A DNA stretch of 57,089 bases, counting the filler, from Sphacelaria rigidula (lineage: Eukaryota), in the NCBI GenBank assembly GCA_964200075.2. It is 8 parts of 8 records of this genome, joined end to end, with 100 filler letters (N's around TTAATTAATTAA, not from the genome) between each part and the next. Parts side by side here need not be neighbours in the genome. Positions count along the whole stretch, not along the records: positions 42,894 to 49,941 come from CAXNAA020016765.1; positions 50,042 to 57,089 come from CAXNAA020016766.1; 6 more parts are not named here. One strand, 5' to 3'. Shown one piece after another: positions 48,031-57,089 of this stretch. The position numbers and the translations under genes were made by a program. The notes beneath the pieces were generated by a model, which made no database searches, was not told where the DNA came from, and saw only the letters and a program-made list of their open reading frames with translations. Within the stretch, counting starts at the first letter, position 1; every line of letters begins with the position of its first letter.

Positions 48031-49653
48031 GACTGCACCTACTTTGCGGATGATTCCAGCTGATAGATAATATGTACGATCACTCTTGTATGCGAAAATC
48101 CGCTCACATTTGATTTTTTTTCTTTCAGCGCAACACTGGTAGACCTAAAAAAATGTACATCAACAATGGTTGGTACTCGATTTCACTTGGTTTCATATTG
48201 AAGAAAGATCTGGGGAAAATCGTGACTTGACGCAGATGAAAAGTGAGCAGTAGACCAGGTCGTCCAGAACGTGTTTGGTCCAAAATCGGCTCAAAGGCGT
48301 CGATTTGAGCTCTCGAAAGGCGTCGAATTGAGCTCTCGCAACGCACGGTTCGCCCCAGAAACTGCACCCCCCTTGCCGGAGACTTCTCGGTATGCCTTGG
48401 TCGATGTTAGGGTCAGGGTTAGCGTTAGGGTTGGTGGCATCTCCATAGCACCAACCATTGTTTACCTACATTTCTTTAGGTCCCCTCTGTGAAGTACTTG
48501 CGCAGGGATGCATCCTTGTCACAAGGATATCCCTGTCATCCCTGTCACAAGATCATCTCTGCGCCGGTACTTCACAGGTGCATCCTTCGAGGGAACTCTC
48601 TGTTACGGGTGGCATGATCACAGGGATTTCGTCATCCCCCTGCGCTTGTCCAGCACAGCTGACCCACAGTGAGACCGTTTGTCCACGTGTGTGCCTTGTT
48701 CGACTCGTCAACAGTTCACTGCACGGTCTTGGTTTTGCTGGTGACTAAGGCCAAGGCACTGTTCAATTGTTTTCAACTGCTTTGCTCTCATGTTCTCGTG
48801 ACATTCGCTACACAACCGCTGTCTTCGTACTCCCGAATCAACGAGAACGCAAAGAAATACCCCGCCATGAACAGGCTTTTGTTGTTTAGGTTCCTGTTTG
48901 AAGTTTAATATCATCTTGAAGAGGCTTTCGTGGTTTGGGATCGTCACCCCGCGAAAACGAGCCAGTGTGGGCGACTTTCGATGGCCAGAACACGCGCCAC
49001 AGGTATCAGATGACATTCAAACATGGAAGGTAATGTACCGCTGCGCCTGCTTCGTGCACTGCATAAGAAAGCGCGTGATGAGATGCCTTGCCGCCTGAGG
49101 AAACTCGGCGAAAGTGGTGAAAAATGTGAACTGATGCATGTACATATATATTGCCCGCTCATTATGTCGACGCGTCGGGTGGGAAGTATATATTGAGCGA
49201 GCAGTATGATGACACGAGAGGCAGGTCAATATATAGGGTCATTAGTATGCCAAGACTCGCGACATGCAATATACATCGACAGAACAATATATCATGACAC
49301 GCGCCACCTCAATATATATTGACCCGAGTAGTATGTTGGTGCGGTTAGGCATCAATATATATTTGTCGAGTAATATATTGGCTGCCACACGAGGTCAAAA
49401 TATATTCACGATTCAATGTACTCAACACCCGAAGCGCCAACATATATTGTCGCCCCAATATGTCGGGCGTCAATGCGTCCAATATATATTGGGCGGACAA
49501 TACACGAGGGAACGGGCGGTCATATTGGTGTAGCAATATATTTTGATTTTCAGCATGTAGATTGCAAAGTGTGTTGGAATTCTTGTTTAGTAGGCAGTTC
49601 CATGTTAGCGGGCGGCATTGGAAGGTGTATCACCACGTGCCGAAAACATTTAT

Positions 49654-49941
49654 GGGCAATGGCCTAGAAAATGTTCACCTTCTCGTTTCTCGCCCAAAAA
49701 AGGTACGAAAAATGGCCAAAAACGCAAAAACAGTCAAACACGCCATTTTACCAGTTTCCGCTCCGGATTTTTCACGCACATCATTCAGGGGGGGCATTGC
49801 CACCCGGGTCTAAAAAGAAAACGGATAAAAAACATGTTACTCGAGAGATATGACCACCTTCTGTAGGCCACATTTCGCCGAGGTATACCTGATCTAGGAG
49901 TTCTTTTTCAATCGTACATTATCTGGGCCACCGATCGGCCG
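49654..49941 (+). mobile_element. Terminal repeat of a second MULE-family copy running into the contig end
   Basis: Starts gggcaatggcctagaaaa; homologous to 44380-44070 and 21116-21247. Confidence 0.7.
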
Positions 49942-50989
49942 NNNNNNNNNNNNNNNNNNNNNNNNNNNNNNNNNNNNNNNNNNNNTTAATTAATTAANNN
50001 NNNNNNNNNNNNNNNNNNNNNNNNNNNNNNNNNNNNNNNNNTAAAAATATACAAGAATACGGCAGACATACTACGACAGTACCGTTGTATACGACTGTCA
50101 AGAACAGTCAATCGCTGTCAGGTCAAAATGAGTGCCAAGGTGGGAATCAAGATGTCATATCGTATCGCCCTGTCCATCGTCTTGGACCATATTTTCCCCT
50201 CGGGTAAAATGTCTCGCCATCAACGCTAACCACGCCATACCTTATCGCTTTCCTATTTCATCACCATCCCAACGGTGGGTTTTGATCTCGCCATCTGTAC
50301 ATACCCATAGCTCGCGAAGCGGAAAGATCTTGACCCGACACGATTTTGTTTTTCATTTCACAACACCCTTATGTCGATCGGCGAAATCGTGGAAATCGGT
50401 GAATCAGCACTGATTTTACCCGACGTGCACTGCCGCTGTAGGTCCACGATACACGGCGAATTGTCATACAATCGAAAATGGCCTTGTGAGGAAATATTCA
50501 CTTCTCGTTCGTGCTCGTCGGCGAATCTGTCGTGTTTCGATCCGACTAGCGCTGCCGCTGTACGTTCGCTATGATGAACGGATTTGTAAATGTAGTAAAC
50601 TAATACGTCACGACACGACATAGACAGTCGTTCGTGGTGATAGGCAAATTTCAACGTTTTCCTCGCGCCGTTTGTTTGGTTCTTGCGCTCAACGACGGTT
50701 TGATAAGTTCTACCTCTTGTATGGGGCAAAGTAGAGTATGTTGAATTTCGCGGATGACCCGACGTCTACTGCCCTTCAACAATCGCTCATCGGTCAGTTG
50801 GTCAAATTTTACTCCCCGCTCGTGATCGTCGGCGAATCGGTGAATTATTCCAACGTTCTCGCGCAGATTCCGATACGTTGGATTTCTTGGTTGAGCCGAC
50901 GTGTATAGCCGCTATTCAATCGTGCTCACGGCCAGTTTTTTCAAATTACTAACCCTAACCCTAAAGTCAAACTTAAACTCAACGGGCGA

Positions 50990-51206
50990 CAAGGAAAAGG
51001 GAGTGCCAAACCCCTTTCCCGGCGAAAAAGAAAGGCAAGCATCGCTGAACAAAGGTGTGCTATAAACACACAACAAAATCAAAGCTCCCGTGTTGACCTA
51101 CCTCCTGTATTACCCCGGCTGGTGTGCCCACAAATACCAAAAGGCGTTGAGCGGCGCCCAGAATAGATGGGACGACAACACACACACACACACACACACA
51201 CACACA
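50990..51206 (+). mobile_element. 5'-truncated copy of the (CA)n-tailed SINE; another fragment at 23585-23670 (-)
   Basis: aaaggcaagca.cgc...ccccggctg.tg.gcccaca.atacc.aaagg...cccagaata.atgggacgacaacacac. Confidence 0.8.
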
Positions 51207-51387
51207 TCCATCCATCCATCCATCCTACAGTCTTCAACTGTTGAATTTTCAACATATACTACACTAATCACACTGTGCCGTTTCCCCCTCTCGCCCAAAA
51301 AAAAGAAAGACAAACTTTGAAGCCCATATACCAGATCAAGTATATATATCCTATGCCATCTCAGTCATTCGCATACCTTCCGAATAC

Positions 51388-51804
51388 TACGCAAACGATT
51401 CTATAAAATAAGTTTGTACGCTGAATTGAGGTTCAAGGCCAAAACGGTGTTCTCTCCACACCTTCAGCATGACTATGAATGTTTTGGTCGGCCTGATGCC
51501 CGTCCGTTTCGTGAATACTCGTTTTTTCCCTACTCTTTTCCCTACTCTTGCGAGCTTACAGCGCTGGCCAAAATCGTCATTTCCCCTGATACCACACCCC
51601 AAATCAGAGGAAACGACAGTTCCGGTCACGGCTGTAAGCTCACGGAGTCGGTGAAATGCGCTGAAGGAGTACTCACGCAATCTAGGGCCATTAGGTTAAC
51701 AAAGAAGTCATCGCGCACAATCGCTGGAAGTGCGGAGAAGCATTGTTTTGGGCTTAAACGTCATTTCAGCATACAACCTCATTTGGTGGAATTGTCTGCC
51801 AATA
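51388..51804. mobile_element. Degenerate MITE-like element with ~80-bp inverted ends
   Basis: gtttgtacgctgaattgaggttcaaggccaaaacggtgttctctccacaccttcagc vs gctggaagtgcggagaagcattgttttgggcttaaacgtcatttcagcatacaacc. Confidence 0.55.
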
Positions 51805-52096
51805 CTCCTAGTCCCAACCCCAACCCTGGAATAAATTGCTACCTTCGCTAAAACAGAAGACCTGGAAAAATTTCCGTTACTAATGGTTGGCACTCGATCT
51901 ACTCGATTCCATAAAAGAGAGATTTGTGAGAGAATTTATGGTTCAGGAAAGGTGATGGAATCAGTCTTGTATTATTTCCTGTACCATACACATACCAAAA
52001 TCTTGGTACACAGACGTGTTATCCTACGCAATAGTGTGGCTCTGTGCAAGCCCTTTTTCACTGAAGCGATGTGGCAGAGGCCAGCCACTTACATGG

Positions 52097-52399
52097 GTGT
52101 GTGTTGCCATCCCGCCTATTCTGGACGTCAGTATACACCTTTCGGTACACGCGGGCGGGTCAGCCGGGGTCACACGGGAGCGAGGCAAACGGGAGTATTT
52201 TTTCCTCTTTCCTTCTCTGTTGGTTCCCCCCCTTTCCTTCTGCGATGCTTGCCTTAGGGTCAGGGTTAGGGGTTCACGAGTTCCTTTCCCTGTCGAAACA
52301 AAATCCCAGATGGTGTGACTGCACCGAGATTCGAACCCACCACCCAACAACAATGACAAGGTTTCGGGATTTACCAACTGAGCCACCAGAGCGACCGGC
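52097..52399 (-). mobile_element. Second near full-length copy of the tRNA-derived (CA)n SINE
   Basis: Minus strand gccggtcgctctggtggctcagttgg...gggttcgaatctc...gtgtgaccccggctga...taccgaaaggtgta.actg...ccagaata...caacacacac. Confidence 0.85.
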
Positions 52400-53582
52400 A
52401 TCTACATCAAAAATACATGTGTACGAATAATTTTTCTTTCATTTTCGCAGTCTACTCTGTTCTACTCACGTTTTGTGTTTCTCATTTGTTATTGGGCGAG
52501 TGTTCCAGTGTTGTTTTGTCTCGGGAACGTGTATCATGTGACCTGTGAACACGGCTAGATCCCTGGGGGGGTCAGTTGACAGGCGGCAAGCAATCGAAGG
52601 AACGAAAATGAAGAACTCAAGGAGGGTACCAGCAGCGGCACTAGAGCCACTGCAAGGTGTGCAGTACCCCCGCTCCCCAACGTCGGAATTCACGCTCGTC
52701 ATCCGTTGTTGTGTGATTTCATTTCAGTGTCTTGACACGAAAGTCAAGTAGCCGGTGTAAACTCGAGACCTAGAATCGCCGAGCTGAAAACGAATTCGAA
52801 GTAGTGAGTAATACACCCCGAGTTAGAGTTGGATTCCCCCCCCTCCCCCCCACTGCCCCCCCGCCCTGTAGTGATGTGCGGCGTGGGAGAACCTCAACTC
52901 TGCACGATGGGGATGATCGTACTACGTAGTGTCAACATGGTGAGACACCCATGAGGCAGTGCATAAGCCGTGGCTGTTTCTATCAGGGGCGATACCAGAA
53001 AATGAAGCAACTCATTGTACGTTGTCACCCAAATGCAAGATCATCAACAGGCTGAGGGTCGAGCAGTCTCAGCGGGATGAAGCCCACCCTTCATGCGACT
53101 CGCCGAGCACACCACGGCGCTTCGCGCTCGGTGACTCAACGCGAGCCTGGTCCAGAGGAGACGATCACCCGAAGGCTCGGCTTGACCGCCTCGCGGCAGT
53201 GTGGGGGATAATTCCACTACAACCCCGTATCAACTTGGCGCAGTGCACGCGCCGCCCTGCTTTAGAGAGCTTTCGCCCTAGAGGATGAGAGGTCGATGGT
53301 CAAATGACTATGGCAAGCGTGATCATGAGTACGCCCCCCTCAGCCCCAAGCCCCCCGAATATTTACTTGTTCTTCTACACGCTGTCGGCAAATGTTTCTA
53401 CCGAAGACCGAAGTGACTTGCCCCTGATACAACGTCGATTCCACGTACAGGGGCAGACACGTACCTGTGTTGCCATCCAGTCACGGCATGCACCAGGCAC
53501 GGAGTCTGTACTTGATGGTTGATCTGTTTTCGCTTAAAAATAATGGCCAATTCCATTGGTTGCTCCGATGTGTGACACGCAG

Positions 53583-53654
53583 GCAAAATACCTCCCGAGT
53601 TGGGCCAGCTTGTGACGCTGGAGGAGCTGGTTTTGAGCAGCAACGAGCTGACGG
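53583..53654 (+). CDS. Single 72-nt exon encoding one 24-aa leucine-rich repeat (ROCO/LRR-protein type)
   Basis: gcag|(G)KIPPELGQLVTLEELVLSSNELT(G)|gtgagt; phase 1/1; fits GxIPxxLGxLxxLxxLxLxxNxLx. Confidence 0.85.
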
Positions 53655-56014
53655 GTGAGTGTATACTCCACACATGCCTCACCGGAGCGATGTACAGTCT
53701 CCACGAGTTGTAGACCAGGCAGGATAGCGAGGTGTGGTATTTTTCCTTGTCATATGTCGGTGCAGGTATCCGTTTCACCACGAAGCACAAGAGACCCCTT
53801 GACGAGGGCTTGTCGGCGACAACGCTTTCGTTTCAAGCCGCAGCCGTGAGTGCCCTGTTCTCCGCCCGGATTCCTGCTTGTCACGGCTAGAAATATGTCG
53901 GAGACAGCTCCCCGATTTGCGCATGCAGCTTGGTGCACACGAGATTAGTTCACGCACACTTGTAAGGGGCACGTTTGTTGTCAACACAGTTGAGCTACTG
54001 CGGGTGTTGAATACTACGGCGCAGGGCCATTTTGTGCGTCACCCGGTGCTTGTCGGAATTATGAAGCCTGCTGTGTGTGATTTGGCTTGGTCAGCAACAG
54101 CTTGGCGACGAAAGCGAGTAGAGTAGTGCTGGTGCTTTCGTCACTTGTTATGCCTCCCTGAACGTCAAAAGATGTAGCCGCCGTGTTGAGCAGCAAGGCT
54201 CGGTGCCGTGTTGCTTTTTCGTGGTACGGTCGTGCTTCACGCCGTGTAGGACAGTTTGTCATGTCTGTTTTTGCGTCATGACTATTGAAGAAGAACGACT
54301 GTAATTGTGAAGCAACAGTAGTGGTTGCGGTGTCGAGCGAGGTCGGTAGCCGAGGATATCGGGGGGAGAGGGAAGGAATCGCAACGCTTCGGGCCAAAAT
54401 AACCCTCACATGGTATATTTCACGAATGTCGGGAAGCCCCGCCTGGTTGCCTGCCTTTTTCCTTGGTGGTGGCATCGTATGGGCCTAGAAGAACGTATGT
54501 TCGATCGCTCGCGGCTGCACTGGTGTGTATTCCCGTGTTCCCGTGTGTGTATGTGGGGCGTACTGATTTGTTGCTTGCCTTCGTCGTGTGATCATTAACC
54601 ACGCATCCTTTTCGAGACGGAGCATGGGGGTAAGGGCGCACTTATTTGTTGCGTGAGGGGTGGTGGGGTTGTTCACTGGGGGATGAGACAAAAGTCACAT
54701 TATTTTGTGGAATTTGTTTTCACGGCGGAAAAACATCTCATCAGGGCGTTGATGAGACGAAGTGTTCGCCGCAACGTATTTTGGGACCAACAGGTTTGGT
54801 CATTGTCAAAACGTTTTTTTTTTGCTGCTATAAAAACAAGAAGCGCCTGGGCGTGTTCTAGAATTTGTCCAAATCCAGTGTCGGTTCCCCCCCCCCCCTC
54901 CCCTCCCCTCCCCTCCTCCACTGCTCGAGGTGTACGCGTTCGATGAAAAAGTGGTCGAAATTTTTATTATTTTGGCGTGAAAAGGCGTGTAATACCTCAA
55001 ACAAAATGTGTTCTCTGTTGCCCCGACTGTGTTTGTGGCTTCTCGGTGTCCAACGATCAACCGAGACAATCAGTTAGTCTTGTGTAAGAAGCTCTACTAC
55101 TAGCATCTGATCGCTACTGGGTACTGAGTACGTAAGGGCAACCCTTCCCTCTGCCTGTTCCGACGAACACCCGCCGTGTTTTGTTCCTGCTTTTTAGGGG
55201 GCAGACCCCCACACCTGGTTGGCGTCTGTTGGTGATGATGCGATGTACGACACGCCACTAACTGCGTAAGCTAGGCAACCAGATTACCGATTATTCGCGC
55301 GCTTGCTCTTTTTCGTTGTTGCAGTAACCACGACCATGGTCGAGCTAGATCATATCGAAGTCCATTTTCCCATACATCCAAATTCCAACCCCAACATCAA
55401 CCACTCGCCACAAGCATACGGTCGCAAGAAATTTATGAATACATATTGTTGATTTGAATAGGATCAATCCATTATTAGTGTGATGACCTATATGCTACCT
55501 GATTGTAGTCTTGTGCGGGGTGGAAGAACGTGACTGCGCAAAGGAGCTGGAATTTTTCATTCACTGATTGACCGCTTTTTACTCTCAATTCACTGATTGA
55601 CCTCTACTCTCAACCTCACGAAAAGATTGTTCCGTATATCCACGCATCTACATCCAAGGACACCGAGCGAACCTCGGCCACTGCGCTGTCGTGGACAGTA
55701 CACACGCAGTTGCAGACAGTGTAGTGGTGACCAATGCTACGGTAGGGGTGCACTTTTTTCGTAAATGTTTGTCTGGTTCAGGGGCTCTTAACAATTTCAG
55801 ACGCATAAGAATATGGGCCAGGGCATCCCCGTTTGCAGATTTATTTGGGACATCCCCAGTACATTAAAATAGTAATCCTGGCGTACGCTCGCATATTTTC
55901 GTATGTCGTGTTTTGGATGAGATAAAGGGCTCCTAACAATTCTAACCTCAAAATTATTCCTCTAAGGGAACCCTAGGTTCCCGGAGAGGTCTCACCGGAC
56001 CTTGAAAAAAAAAG

Positions 56015-56040
56015 TGTCTGTCTGTCTGTCTGTCTGTCTG
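56015..56040 (+). repeat. (GTCT)n microsatellite
   Basis: read directly. Confidence 0.9.
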
Positions 56041-57089
56041 AAGCAAGTTCAGTCGAAGCTCCAAACCACGCATTTTTTCGACTCAAACAGCCACAGCGCC
56101 AGCAACCTCTCGCAAGTTTGAGCTTCATTGCTTCTTCCTTCGGTGTGTTTGGCGCGAAGGTCGGCAGGGACCATCTTGCCGCGCGTGGCAAGCCACACCC
56201 TCTTCTTCATCTTTCCAGAAAGAACGCGTTGCACACTGCTGTTTGTTTCATCCGTGCACATCATCAACCACTCACGACACAACATACCCATGACTCATGG
56301 TGGACCACTCCCACACGGACACGGGCTAGGAAGTCTGTAAGCTGTAGGGTGTCCCACCATGAGCGACGAGCCTGGTGTGATCACAGGTCCTTCCTCCTTC
56401 CACACCTTCTCACGACAAGCTACTCGTATCGTACTGCTGTACGACCAGATTTTTTATTTTGCGATTTTCGAAGGCAAAACTTCAACTTCGAAGAAACGAT
56501 CGTCGGAGAGTCTGTGCCCACAGCCCTCCACCGCCATCGCGCTGCACTGCCGGTCAGCACAGGCCTTCAGGTACATGTAGGAGAGTGCCCGCGCTTTGAG
56601 TTTAGAGTGGATCAAGGCCCTGAGGTGCGGAAGACCACGACATATGGTTTGCCTGCCTCCTTGGATGCGGCGAGATTCAACAACCAACACAGCAATCGTC
56701 TCAGAAAGAGCCAGCCGCTTACAGCGGTGTGTGGCTTGTGCTAGCTTCTTAGGAATGTTCTGCGTTTATTTTCTAGAACTTGAAGTTACACCGCGTCGAG
56801 AAAAATACAGTACCAGGTATCTCACAATCTCCACAGCTGCAGTGATCGCACTCCGTACAACCGCGTTGGCCATTCCACTCATGGCGTTTACAAATCACCG
56901 TCACGCGCGTGGCGTTGGAGGAAGACGTGGCGGTGGAGGGAGACATGTCGATAGAGGTCGTGGTGAGAGAAGACGTGCTTTCTTCGCACCCACACCATCG
57001 GTTTCATCTGAAACCAAAACCTGACTAGTGAGGCGGATCTTGTCGCGCTCGGTGGTACAGGTGGTCGTCCAGCGTTTCCGACACCTCTA

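Noticed and set aside
44070..49930. One composite element bounded by the two inverted MULE repeats
   Set aside because: Their G(A/G)GCAATGGCC outer ends face each other (44380 and 49654), so they belong to two separate elements extending outward
55973..57024. Cluster of overlapping ORFs at the window end
   Set aside because: No recognisable domain or consistent exon chain; may be a decayed element but cannot be supported

Overview
Eukaryotic genomic DNA, most likely a brown alga (Phaeophyceae), judged from a kelp-type fucoxanthin-chlorophyll a/c binding protein gene and a 72-nt single-LRR exon. The window is not one locus. It consists of eight contigs of near-identical length (5 x 7049 nt, 3 x 7048 nt) joined by 100-nt N-spacers carrying a TTAATTAATTAA all-frame-stop linker, i.e. 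a size-sorted concatenation of unplaced contigs. Supported genes: a two-RRM RNA-binding protein (hnRNP A/B-Musashi-DAZAP1 type, contig 2), five internal exons of an HDAC8/Hos1-like class I deacetylase (contig 3, minus strand), a complete two-exon LHCF/FCP gene (contig 5), the N-terminus of a Mutator-like transposase (contig 7) and one isolated LRR exon (contig 8). The last two exons of an unknown gene are possible in contig 4. The rest is repeat-rich: a ~215-bp satellite, LINE 3' ends tied to poly(C) tracts, tRNA-derived SINEs, several MITE families (including a 98-bp piggyBac-type one), long hairpins and a degenerate 18S rRNA fragment inside an HDAC intron. Most short ORFs in the track are spurious. 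All family assignments are from motif recognition by eye, not database searches.
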